A stretch of 35,011 nt of DNA, taken from the NCBI GenBank assembly GCA_045653225.1, contig JAZOLP010000183.1, positions 1 through 35,011 on the forward strand, in the 5' to 3' direction. Positions 9,922-19,460 of the stretch are shown here, piece by piece (positions within the stretch are counted from its first letter, which is position 1; every line of letters starts with the position of its first letter). The DNA is from Bacilli bacterium (GTDB lineage Bacteria; Bacillota_I; Bacilli_A; ML615J-28; CAG-313). A program made the translations under genes and the position numbers. The notes below the pieces were generated by a model that was not told the origin of the DNA, did no database searches, and saw nothing but the letters and a program-made list of their open reading frames with translations.

Positions 9922-9997
9922 TTTTTTATAAATATTTTATAATTTTTGTCACAAAATTCTTAATTCTTTGTTTTATAGGTGAAAGGATGGTAACCCT

Positions 9998-11755
9998 ATG
10001 AAACAAAGAATTTTTAGTTTATTTACAATTTTATTTATATGTATAGTTACATGTTTTGCATTAACATCATGTTCTAGTAAAAATTTTTATCCTAATGGAT
10101 TTATGGAAGATGCAAATTTTGATGATAGTCTAGGACAAGAAATTATGTTTGGAGAATCATATAATCAAATTAATGAAAATCCATTTTATAATACAGAATA
10201 TGCAGAAAGCAGTTATTTTAGTATGGATTCATTTACAGCATCTTATTCTAATTTAAGAAGATTTATAGAGAATAATCAAAAAATAAGTGGTAATATTATT
10301 AAAACAGATGAACTTTTAAATTATTTCACTTATGATTTAGAAACTCCAAAAGGTGATGAAACATTCAAAGTTACAGCTGAAATGAGTGTTGCACCTTGGA
10401 ATGAAGAACATCATGTTATTACAATTGGTGTTGCTACAGAAGAGGCTGAATATATTGAATCAGATGGTAATAATATTGTTTTCTTAATTGATGTTTCAGG
10501 TTCTATGTCATCAAGTAATAAATTACCTTTATTAAAAGATGCATTTTTATTATTACTTGAAAAACTTAATCCATCTGATAGAATCTCTATTGTAACTTAC
10601 GCATCAGGCGTAGATGTTAAAGCAGATGGTATATTTGCTGATAATGTATCAAAATTAAATAGAGTCATTAATAGATTAACTGCAAGTGGCAGTACAAATG
10701 GTTCAGGCGGTATTCAAAAAGCATATGAACTCGCTGAAAAATATTATGTTGAAAATGGTATTAATAGAGTTATTCTTGCAACAGATGGTGACTTTAATGT
10801 TGGTATTAGAGATAATGATGAGTTAAAAGAATTTATTCAAGATAAAGCAAAATCAGGTGTTTATTTAACAGTTCTTGGTTTTGGTATGGGAAATTATCAA
10901 GATTCTAAAGTTGAAACTCTTGCAAAATACGGTAATGGTCTATATGCTTATGTAGATAGTCTAGAAGAAGCTAAAAAAGTATTGGTTGATGATTTTAATA
11001 AAACTATGATTACTGTTGCAAAAGATGTAAAAAATAAAGTAACATTTAATAAAGATTTAGTAGAAAGTTATCGTTTAATTGGTTATGAAAATAAAACAAT
11101 TAGTGCTGATGATTTTGAAAATGAAGAAGCTGACGCAGGTGAACTAGGTAGTGGACATCAAACTTTAGTTACTTACGAAGTTGTTTTAAAAGATAATGTT
11201 TATGATTCATACCAAGAAATATTTAACCTTCAAATTAATTATAAAGATCCTGATACATTAGAATCTAAAACATTTAAATATCAAGCATTAGATGTAGATC
11301 TATATAATAAGGAAGCATCAGAAGATCATAATTTTGCTTTATGTTTAGTAGAATTCTCATTAATCTTAAGAAATTCTACATATCGTGGTACTGCATCTTA
11401 TGAACATCTTTTAAATAATTTATCTAAATTACAATGTGTTAAAAACGATGAATTGAAAAATGAATTCTATGAACTTGTAAAAACTGCATATAGTCATGAT
11501 TTAATAGAATATCCAGAATATGAAGATTCTAAAGAAGGTGAAGTAATTGTTACTATTTATACTTCGTTTGGTACTTTAAACGCAAGATATAGTTATAATT
11601 CTATTATTAATTATAATTCAGTTATGCTTAGTATTTTTGGCAAAATTCCAACAAATAAAACATTTAAAGTATGTTTAGATCCTAATATGGAAAATGAATT
11701 AACTACGATAACTGCTAAAAGTAATATTGAATTATATGTTATAGAATTAAAATAA
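9998..11755 (+). CDS. YfbK-like von Willebrand A domain lipoprotein
   Basis: signal peptide with LTSC lipobox; MIDAS DVSGS, ASGST, LATDGDFNVG; TVAKDVK, YRLIGYEN, DAGELG motifs. Confidence 0.88.
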   Translation: MKQRIFSLFTILFICIVTCFALTSCSSKNFYPNGFMEDANFDDSLGQEIMFGESYNQINENPFYNTEYAESSYFSMDSFTASYSNLRRFIENNQKISGNIIKTDELLNYFTYDLETPKGDETFKVTAEMSVAPWNEEHHVITIGVATEEAEYIESDGNNIVFLIDVSGSMSSSNKLPLLKDAFLLLLEKLNPSDRISIVTYASGVDVKADGIFADNVSKLNRVINRLTASGSTNGSGGIQKAYELAEKYYVENGINRVILATDGDFNVGIRDNDELKEFIQDKAKSGVYLTVLGFGMGNYQDSKVETLAKYGNGLYAYVDSLEEAKKVLVDDFNKTMITVAKDVKNKVTFNKDLVESYRLIGYENKTISADDFENEEADAGELGSGHQTLVTYEVVLKDNVYDSYQEIFNLQINYKDPDTLESKTFKYQALDVDLYNKEASEDHNFALCLVEFSLILRNSTYRGTASYEHLLNNLSKLQCVKNDELKNEFYELVKTAYSHDLIEYPEYEDSKEGEVIVTIYTSFGTLNARYSYNSIINYNSVMLSIFGKIPTNKTFKVCLDPNMENELTTITAKSNIELYVIELK

Positions 11756-11769
11756 TTTAACTTTTATTT

Positions 11770-11800
11770 AAACTACTTAACTTAAGTTAAGTAGTTTTTT
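11770..11800 (+). terminator. intrinsic terminator
   Basis: 28-bp perfect palindrome AAACTACTTAACTTAAGTTAAGTAGTTT ending in a T-run. Confidence 0.8.
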
Positions 11801-11857
11801 AATTAATTAATTATTTTTTTAAATAAAATATGATATAATTGTTATAGAGGTGATAAA

Positions 11858-12367
11858 ATGAATGAAATTTATCAAAACATGTTACAAAGAAGAAGTATTA
11901 GAAAATATAAAACTGATCCTGTTAAAGATGAGGATATTGATATGTTGTTAAAAGCAGCAATGTCTGCTCCATCAGCATGTAATAAACAACCATGGGAGTT
12001 TTATGTAGTTAAAGAACAAGAAAAATTAGAACTAGTTAAATCATCAGGACGCTATACTAATATGAATGCACCTGTTGCGATAGTTGTATGTGGAAATCAA
12101 AATCGTTGTCTATCAAAAAAAGAAAATGATTTCTTCATTCAAGATTGTTCATCTGCAATTACACATATTTTGCTATGCGCAACATCAATTGGGTTAGGTA
12201 GCTTATGGTGTGGTGCATATCCAATGAATTCAGTAGTAAAAAAAATAAGAACTGCGCTAAATTTAGATGATTGCATTATTCCTTTAGGTATAATTTATAT
12301 AGGCTATCCTGATGAGGAAAAAGAATCAAGAACACAATATCATGAAGAATACATTCATATAATATAA
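11858..12367 (+). CDS. nitroreductase-family flavoprotein
   Basis: RRSIRKY, APSACNKQPW, LGSLWCG, IGYP; GAGGTG RBS and TGATATAAT upstream. Confidence 0.92.
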   Translation: MNEIYQNMLQRRSIRKYKTDPVKDEDIDMLLKAAMSAPSACNKQPWEFYVVKEQEKLELVKSSGRYTNMNAPVAIVVCGNQNRCLSKKENDFFIQDCSSAITHILLCATSIGLGSLWCGAYPMNSVVKKIRTALNLDDCIIPLGIIYIGYPDEEKESRTQYHEEYIHII

Positions 12368-12380
12368 GGAGGACTAAACA

Positions 12381-14156
12381 ATGAATATGACATGGGATTT
12401 AAGTATAATGTATAAAGGATATGATGATCCAAAATACATTTCTGATAACAAAAGAGTAGTAGAATTAATTAAAGAATTAAATGAGTTAACTTCAAATTTA
12501 GATGTTAATGACGCTATAGCTTGTATTGAAAAAGAATTAAAGATTGAAGAAGAATTTAATAGTCTATTATCTGAACTTTTTACTTATTCATCTTTACGTT
12601 CATCTACAAATGTAAATGATTATGAAGCACTAGGAGAAATTGGTAAACTTTATATGGTTATCCAAGATACTGTTGCTGCAAATGTTGCTTTTAGTAAATT
12701 TTTAGTAAATTTTGATTTAGATAGTCTTGCAGAACAAAGCCAGCTAATTAAAACTTATTTATTTAACTTAAAAAATAACAAAGAAGAAGCAACGCATATG
12801 CTATCAGATAAAGAAGAAGTGTTAGCAAGTAAATTAAGTTTAGTAGGATCATCTTCTTGGGGAGATCTACAAGGTCAACTTACAGCGAATTTAAGTATTA
12901 AAGTTGAAGGCTTTGATGAAAATATGCCTTTATCTGCTGTTAGAAATCTTGCTTATGATCATAGCGTAAATGTTAGAAAAAATGCATATGAAGCTGAGCT
13001 TAAAGCTTGTAAACAAATTGAAGATAGTATTGCTATGGCTCTTAATAATATTAAACGTGAAGTTAATATTATGATGCCACTTCGTGGTTATAAGGATGCT
13101 CTTGAAAAAACTTTAAAACAATCTCATATGTCTAAAGCTACACTTGATGCAATGATTGAAGCAATTAAGGAAGAAGCTCCAAAATTTAGAGAATATTTTA
13201 AACTTAAGGCAAAAGCTTTAGGACATAAAAATGGATTACCATTCTATGATTTATTCGCACCAATGGGAAGTTTACATAAGACTTATACTATCTTAGAAGC
13301 AAAAGATTTAGTTTTAGATGTATATGGATCTTTCTCTAATAGTTTATATGAACTTGGTAAAGAAGCATTTGAGAATAGATGGATTGATGTATTACCTCAT
13401 GAAGGTAAAAGCGGTGGTGCATTCTGTGCAGGACTTGATAATCATAACCAAAGTCGTGTATTAACTAACTTTACAGGAAGTTTAAGCGATGTACAAACAC
13501 TTGCACATGAATTAGGTCACGCATATCATGGTAGAGTTGTGCTTGAAAATGCTCCACTTAATAGAGATTATCCAATGCCACTTGCAGAAACAGCATCTAT
13601 TATGTGTCAAACATTAATGGCTAAGAAGATGATTAATGAGATTACAGATCCATATGAAAAGTTAACAGTAGTAGAAGAATCACTTCAAGAAGATTCACAA
13701 TGTGTTATTGATATTTTATCTAGATTCTTATTTGAATCTAAAGTATTTAATGAACCAATTTCTAAACCATTATCTGCTGCTGATATGTGTAATTTTATGT
13801 TAGAAGCTCAAAATGAAAGTTATGGAGATGGTTTAGATCCTGATTTTAAACACCAATATATGTGGTTAGTGAAGAGTCATTACTATAGTGCAGGGCTTAA
13901 TTTCTATAATTGGCCTTACGCATTCGGTCTATTATTTGGAAAAGGTTTATATAAACAATATTTAAAAGATAAAGAAGCATTTGTTAGAAATTATGATCAA
14001 ATGTTAAGAAATACTGGATTTATGAGTGTTGAAGATGTTGCGATGAGTATGAACATTGATGTAACTAAAAAAGACTTCTGGATTGAAAGTTTAAAATTCA
14101 TTGAAGAAGATATTGATTTATTTGAACAATTATTAAAAGAAACAAAGGCTATTTAA
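12381..14156 (+). CDS. M3B oligoendopeptidase (PepF family)
   Basis: N-terminal WDL, GKSGGAFC, TLAHELGHAYH zinc motif, LAETAS, HYY..FYNWPYAFG. Confidence 0.92.
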   Translation: MNMTWDLSIMYKGYDDPKYISDNKRVVELIKELNELTSNLDVNDAIACIEKELKIEEEFNSLLSELFTYSSLRSSTNVNDYEALGEIGKLYMVIQDTVAANVAFSKFLVNFDLDSLAEQSQLIKTYLFNLKNNKEEATHMLSDKEEVLASKLSLVGSSSWGDLQGQLTANLSIKVEGFDENMPLSAVRNLAYDHSVNVRKNAYEAELKACKQIEDSIAMALNNIKREVNIMMPLRGYKDALEKTLKQSHMSKATLDAMIEAIKEEAPKFREYFKLKAKALGHKNGLPFYDLFAPMGSLHKTYTILEAKDLVLDVYGSFSNSLYELGKEAFENRWIDVLPHEGKSGGAFCAGLDNHNQSRVLTNFTGSLSDVQTLAHELGHAYHGRVVLENAPLNRDYPMPLAETASIMCQTLMAKKMINEITDPYEKLTVVEESLQEDSQCVIDILSRFLFESKVFNEPISKPLSAADMCNFMLEAQNESYGDGLDPDFKHQYMWLVKSHYYSAGLNFYNWPYAFGLLFGKGLYKQYLKDKEAFVRNYDQMLRNTGFMSVEDVAMSMNIDVTKKDFWIESLKFIEEDIDLFEQLLKETKAI

Positions 14157-14157
14157 A

Positions 14158-14469
14158 ATGGGGTATCACTTAAGTGTTTTAGTAGTATATATTTGTTATT
14201 TGTTTTTCTTTTCGCTTATTGCTTTAACTTTATTTTTAATTGATAAATCTCTTTCTAAAAAAGAAGGAAAAAGAAGAATTAAAGAAAAAACATTACTATT
14301 TTTCTGTGTTATTGGTGGTGGAATAGGCGCATATTTTGGAAGAAAAATAGCACATCATAAAACACACAAAATATATTTTTCATTAGTAATTGATTTAACA
14401 CTAATTCTTCAATTAATGATTTTAGGTGCTATGATAACATTTGTTGTGTTCGGCAAGTTTAGTGGGTGA
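14158..14469 (+). CDS. DUF1294 membrane protein
   Basis: IDK...RIKEKTLL...GGGIGA..G...HHKT.K..F pattern; starts 1 nt after the peptidase stop. Confidence 0.85.
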   Translation: MGYHLSVLVVYICYLFFFSLIALTLFLIDKSLSKKEGKRRIKEKTLLFFCVIGGGIGAYFGRKIAHHKTHKIYFSLVIDLTLILQLMILGAMITFVVFGKFSG

Positions 14470-14473
14470 TATT

Positions 14474-14689
14474 ATGGAACAAAAAACATCTTTAGAAAAA
14501 TCACATTCAAAATGGTCTAATTTTAAGTTAACATTATTATGTATTATTATTGCGTTAGCTGATGCGACCATATGGGTATTGATTTGTTTTAAAAACTTTT
14601 TTAGTATAGGTAGATTTATATTATATATTTTAGCTGCGTTTTTTATTTTAGTAGTTTCTTTATTATTATTATTGAAATTTAAACGCTAA
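14474..14689 (+). CDS. small hypothetical membrane protein (71 aa, two hydrophobic helices)
   Basis: GGGTGA RBS then ATG 14474, 4 nt after the DUF1294 stop; two TM-like segments and a basic C-terminus. Confidence 0.6.
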   Translation: MEQKTSLEKSHSKWSNFKLTLLCIIIALADATIWVLICFKNFFSIGRFILYILAAFFILVVSLLLLLKFKR

Positions 14690-14777
14690 AAAAATTATAT
14701 TTTTATAACATTAGACAAATAAATTATGATATAATTTATATATAATTAAAATTAAATTAAGAAATGAGGTTAATAAA

Positions 14778-15329
14778 ATGGCAAAAAGAAAATTAAATAT
14801 GATAGACTTAATGAATTACGCTTGGGAACAAAGAAAAGAAGTTTCAGCTGAAACTTACCAAGATCAATGTAGAAATCTTTTATCTCACGCTTATGCGGAT
14901 TTATCTAGTATGTATTCAAAATATTGTGATAATGAAAATATTAATAATGACGATTTAATCTTCTATACTTTCCAAGAAATCTTTGTATTTATTATGTTAA
15001 GTGATGAAGACTTCTTACAAGGTGAATATGATGCTTATTGTAAATATTGCAGCTTTGCTGGGTTCCAACCTTTATCTGTTGCTGATTGTAAAGCATTATA
15101 TGCACGTAAAACTGTTGAAGATTTAGCAAATGATATTAATTTCTTAAATGATTTAAGAGATGGTATTAATCCAGATAAATATGAAGCTATGGTTCTTGCG
15201 TTCTGTTATCTTTGTCTTCAAGGTGATAAAGCAATGGACGAAAATGAGTATTATATTTTAAGATGCTTCTTTAGTGCTGGGTTCGATTACGCTCCATCTA
15301 CTTGGGAACAATTTAAAAAAGAATGGTAA
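14778..15329 (+). CDS. hypothetical protein, possibly TerB-like
   Basis: own extended -10 (TGATATAAT 14727-14735), GAGGT RBS and terminator; two [S/G]D-x6-E motifs after hydrophobic helices. Confidence 0.6.
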   Translation: MAKRKLNMIDLMNYAWEQRKEVSAETYQDQCRNLLSHAYADLSSMYSKYCDNENINNDDLIFYTFQEIFVFIMLSDEDFLQGEYDAYCKYCSFAGFQPLSVADCKALYARKTVEDLANDINFLNDLRDGINPDKYEAMVLAFCYLCLQGDKAMDENEYYILRCFFSAGFDYAPSTWEQFKKEW

Positions 15330-15335
15330 AAACAT

Positions 15336-15367
15336 AAACTGTTATGATTTTCATAACAGTTTTTTTT
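15336..15367 (+). terminator. intrinsic terminator
   Basis: AAACTGTTATGA/TCATAACAGTTT stem with long T-run. Confidence 0.85.
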
Positions 15368-15375
15368 CACTTTAT

Positions 15376-15430
15376 TTTACAAAATAAGATAAATAGTGTA
15401 TAATAAAACTATAAAACTATTTGTAGTTTT
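15376..15430 (+). promoter_or_regulatory. sigmaA promoter with overlapping inverted-repeat operator
   Basis: TTTACA (15376-15381)-17 bp-TATAAT (15399-15404); AAAACTATAAA-acta-TTTGTAGTTTT (15405-15430, 10/11 symmetric). Confidence 0.65.
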
Positions 15431-15442
15431 TTAGGAGTATAT

Positions 15443-18400
15443 ATGTCATATAAAGAAAATATTATTTTAACTGCCATTGATGTTATCTCAAAAAGAGGTA
15501 ATAATTTTTCAATGGATGAACTTTCATCAATGTTAAAGATGAGTAAACGTACAGTTTATGAAAAAGTAGGAAGCAAAGAAAATCTAATAATTTTATGTCA
15601 AGAATATTTAAAAGAACAATTTGATTTATATTATGATCAAGTAACAAAAAATAAAGAAGTCTGTTTCTTAGATCGTTTTGAAATCTTAATTAATTTCTTT
15701 GGCCAAAATTGGTTTATGACACGTGAAGACCGTGCTATGCTTAATAGAAGTAGCAGTTTGATCAGTAATAAAATTGATGAAGTTAGAAATTATTGTTTAA
15801 ATAAATCATTTGATTATCTTGAACAAAATTATAACAAAGGTCTTACTTTCGCTTATAATCGAGAATTATTTAATTATTTATATTTGAGTGCTTTAATTTC
15901 GTTAAATGAAGATTGTAGAAAAGATCCTACACTAGATTTTAAAAAACAACAATCATTACTTGTAAATAGTTTAATATGTGGTATTGTATCTACTAATTCT
16001 ACTCATATGGGTGGTTCATTACTTCAAAGATTGTTAAGTAGATGTAAAATTGGTTTAATATTATTTAATATTCAAGAAAAAATAAATCCTATCTTTGTTA
16101 GTCCAGGTTATGATGAATTATTTGAAGATATGATTGAAAATGATATATTAACAGAATTTATAGAAAGTTCTAAACAACAAGAAAAATTAAAATCTAATTT
16201 TGCTTCGAGAAAAGAAGTGTCGTTTGACTATGAAATTGATAAAGATGGCAAAACTTCATATTACTCCTTAAAAGCTTTACCTATCAATTGGCAAATGTAT
16301 GATGACGTATATCTTGCTGTTGTTACTGACGTTACTGAAACTAAAAATCGTGAATTACAATTAGAAATTAGCGAAAATAAATTTAATTTAGCTTTAAAAC
16401 AAACATCCCTATATATGTGGGAATATAGTGTTGAAAATCGTTGGTTAATTTTATCAGAATCACTAAAGGATATCTATTCATTTTATGATGATTATATTAT
16501 AGATGTTGCTGGATTCTTTATTGGTAATAAAATTATTCATCCTGATTATACAAAGAAATTTGAAAAATTCTATCGTGGTATTTTAGCTGGTCAAAGAAGT
16601 GGTGAATGCAAAATTAAAATGGTTGATAAATTCGGTAATTTTAAACTATTTAAATTATCCTACAAAACTATTTTTGACTGTAATGATAATCCAATTACTG
16701 CTGTTGGTGTAGTTGTACCAGCAAATATCGGTGTTGAAAATAAGTTTGATCAAGAAGAACAAATGATTTCTTTTTTGAAAAACGAAATAGAATTTGGTTT
16801 TCAATATAATATTGAATCAGAAAAAATTGAAAAGGTATTTGGTACTAGTCCATTAGTGAATAAGTATCAAAATAATTTCTCATTTGAAGGAATTACAAAT
16901 TATTTACTTCAACATATACCAAATGAAAGTGACAAAAATGAAATTTTAAATGTTATGAATAAAAAAGTCATTTATGATTTTGTTCAAGAAAACAGATCTT
17001 ATAATTCAATTTATTTTAGAATTGCTGATGAAAGTGGAAATATTAGTTGGAAAAATTTAATATTTAGAATTATCACAAGACCTGCAGGTGGTGATGACTA
17101 TTTATTTGCATATATTCTAGAAGCTGATAAAAAGCATAAATTAGAATTAAAACTTCCAGAAAAAGTAGAATATGATATTACTACCAAACTATTCGTTAAG
17201 TCTACATTTAAACGTATGGTTAATTTTGCAATAAATGAAGAGTCAATGTCTAATGATTGTGCTTTAATTATTATTGAATGTGTTAACTTATCTACAATCA
17301 AAATGCAGTATGGGTTAAATGTTGCCGAAAAACTTTTAGTTCACTTTAGTAGAGTATTAAAATTATGTTTCTCTAATCAGTCAATTATAGGTTTACTTGA
17401 TGGTAGTAAAATTGGTATTTTCTTCCCTAAAGTTGATAATTTATATGAACTTAGAGACCGTATAAGTGAAGTAATCACATTAATTCATAACTCTTATGTA
17501 TTATCAGATAATGAAGAAAAAATTGCTAAAGTATATTATAGTATTATTGCATCTACATTGGAAAACGCAAATTATCATATTTTGTATGATAAATGTACAA
17601 AACTTCTAGATGAATTAAAACGTCAAGAAGATGAAATTATTACTTATAATGATAATATTGATTATCATATTAACTATTCAAGTCAAGAATATAATTCAAA
17701 TGATACAGTTGTTTATGAAGGTGATGGTACAGTATTAAATGAAATCATAACTTCTTTATATCAAAATATTATTTCTTTAAAAGATCCTTTTGATATAATT
17801 AATGAAACATTAAAACAACTTAACTATTATTATAGTGCTTATAAAACTAGTGTATTTGTTTTAAGTTCAGATAAACAAACTATTAAATTACATAGTGAGT
17901 TTACTATTGGTGATATTTTAAGCTTTGATAAAGTAGAGTATAAGGTTGATGAAATTCCAGGATTATCGTATTGTTCATCAAGACAACAACCAGTAATTAT
18001 TAAAACAAATTATTCTCAAGATGAATTATTATCTAATTATTATTACCATTTAAGATTAAACAATATTAATTTATTCTATGCGATGCCTTTAATTGAAAAA
18101 AATGAAACAGTTGGATTTTTAACAATTTCTAACGCAACAGACCATTTAGGTGAACTTTCATTATTTAAGATATTATCTCAAATCGTTAATAACGAAATAG
18201 TAAAAAAATCTTTAGTTGAAGATAAAAAATTAAATAATCAAGTTGATTTTGTATCAAAATTATATAACTATAATTTCTATAGAACAACTATTTCTAGACT
18301 TAAAAATAGTGCATTATCTAGTCTTGGTGTTGCGTTTATTAAGTTAAATGACTTAAGACAAATGAATATTGATCATGGTAATGAGTACAGTGATAGAATA

Positions 18401-19456
18401 ATTGATAATATCGCAGATATTTTAAGAGAAAAGTTTAGAATGGATTCTATTTTTAGAATTGACAGTGAAATATTTGTTATTTTAATACCTGATATTAATT
18501 ATGAAGCATTTATTGAACGTTTTAATGATGTTGTCAATAACATTAATAACATCGAAATTGGGCTTATAAGTAATGGTCAAACTTGGACTGATACAGATAT
18601 TGATGTTGAGAAATTAATTAATCATGCGGAAGAATTAATGATCATAAATAAAAATCAAAAGAATACTGCTGAGAAATTTGATGTTAAGAATGACAACTTA
18701 AATAATTTAAATGATGCTATAAATAGAAATTGGTTTACTTTCTTCTTACAACCAAAAGTAGATTTATCAACAGGTAAAGTTTCTTCTGCAGAATCATTAG
18801 TAAGAATGGTCCATCCAACATTAGGTGTAATTAGTCCAGCAAAGATTATTCCAATTTTAGAAAAAAATAAAATGGTTAGTTATGTCGATTTCTATATTTT
18901 AGAGCTTGTTTGTCAAACACTTAAAAAATGGAAAGAAGAAGGAAAGAAACTTATTCCAATTTCTGTTAACTATTCTCGTGTAACATTACTTGAAAATGAT
19001 ATAGTTGAAAGAACAAAGAACGTGATTACTAAGTATGACGTTGATGAATCATTGATTGAAATTGAAATAACTGAAACAATCGGAAATATGGAACAAAAAA
19101 CTATTTCTGAACTTGCTGAAAAATTTATCGCAGCAGGAATTAAACTTGCTATTGATGACTTTGGATCCAAATATTCTAGTTTGTCTACTTTATCACTTGT
19201 TCCGTTTAATGTAGTAAAAGTAGATAAATCAATTATTAATGATTTAGTTGTTAATCCTAGATCAAAAATTATTGTTGAACAAATAATTAATATTTGTAAA
19301 GGGTTAAATATGAAGTCTGTTGCAGAAGGTATTGAAACTGAACGCCAATGGGCAGAAGTTAAACGCTTAGGATTTGATTTAGGACAAGGCTATTATTTTG
19401 AAAAACCTATTCCAATCAAAGAATTTGAAGAAAAATTTTTAAAGGATGTAGAGTGA
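15443..19456 (+). CDS. TetR-family domain fused to PAS-like domains, degenerate GGDEF, GAF, degenerate GGDEF and EAL c-di-GMP phosphodiesterase
   Basis: N-terminal FSMDELSSMLKMSKRTVYEKVGSKENL TetR HTH; MWEY...IIHPDY PAS; GGDEF-fold segments with LDGSK and IDSEI; EAL residues QP, AESLVR, SVN, EITE, DDFG..YSS, KVD, EGIET, QGY. Confidence 0.85.
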   Translation: MSYKENIILTAIDVISKRGNNFSMDELSSMLKMSKRTVYEKVGSKENLIILCQEYLKEQFDLYYDQVTKNKEVCFLDRFEILINFFGQNWFMTREDRAMLNRSSSLISNKIDEVRNYCLNKSFDYLEQNYNKGLTFAYNRELFNYLYLSALISLNEDCRKDPTLDFKKQQSLLVNSLICGIVSTNSTHMGGSLLQRLLSRCKIGLILFNIQEKINPIFVSPGYDELFEDMIENDILTEFIESSKQQEKLKSNFASRKEVSFDYEIDKDGKTSYYSLKALPINWQMYDDVYLAVVTDVTETKNRELQLEISENKFNLALKQTSLYMWEYSVENRWLILSESLKDIYSFYDDYIIDVAGFFIGNKIIHPDYTKKFEKFYRGILAGQRSGECKIKMVDKFGNFKLFKLSYKTIFDCNDNPITAVGVVVPANIGVENKFDQEEQMISFLKNEIEFGFQYNIESEKIEKVFGTSPLVNKYQNNFSFEGITNYLLQHIPNESDKNEILNVMNKKVIYDFVQENRSYNSIYFRIADESGNISWKNLIFRIITRPAGGDDYLFAYILEADKKHKLELKLPEKVEYDITTKLFVKSTFKRMVNFAINEESMSNDCALIIIECVNLSTIKMQYGLNVAEKLLVHFSRVLKLCFSNQSIIGLLDGSKIGIFFPKVDNLYELRDRISEVITLIHNSYVLSDNEEKIAKVYYSIIASTLENANYHILYDKCTKLLDELKRQEDEIITYNDNIDYHINYSSQEYNSNDTVVYEGDGTVLNEIITSLYQNIISLKDPFDIINETLKQLNYYYSAYKTSVFVLSSDKQTIKLHSEFTIGDILSFDKVEYKVDEIPGLSYCSSRQQPVIIKTNYSQDELLSNYYYHLRLNNINLFYAMPLIEKNETVGFLTISNATDHLGELSLFKILSQIVNNEIVKKSLVEDKKLNNQVDFVSKLYNYNFYRTTISRLKNSALSSLGVAFIKLNDLRQMNIDHGNEYSDRIIDNIADILREKFRMDSIFRIDSEIFVILIPDINYEAFIERFNDVVNNINNIEIGLISNGQTWTDTDIDVEKLINHAEELMIINKNQKNTAEKFDVKNDNLNNLNDAINRNWFTFFLQPKVDLSTGKVSSAESLVRMVHPTLGVISPAKIIPILEKNKMVSYVDFYILELVCQTLKKWKEEGKKLIPISVNYSRVTLLENDIVERTKNVITKYDVDESLIEIEITETIGNMEQKTISELAEKFIAAGIKLAIDDFGSKYSSLSTLSLVPFNVVKVDKSIINDLVVNPRSKIIVEQIINICKGLNMKSVAEGIETERQWAEVKRLGFDLGQGYYFEKPIPIKEFEEKFLKDVE

Positions 19457-19460
19457 TATT

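Noticed and set aside
11770-11797. 28-bp perfect palindrome considered as an operator or recombination site
   Set aside because: Its position just after a stop codon with a trailing T-run is explained by an intrinsic terminator
14441-14473. GTG-initiated N-terminal extension of the small membrane protein
   Set aside because: It overlaps DUF1294, and the RBS spacing favours ATG 14474
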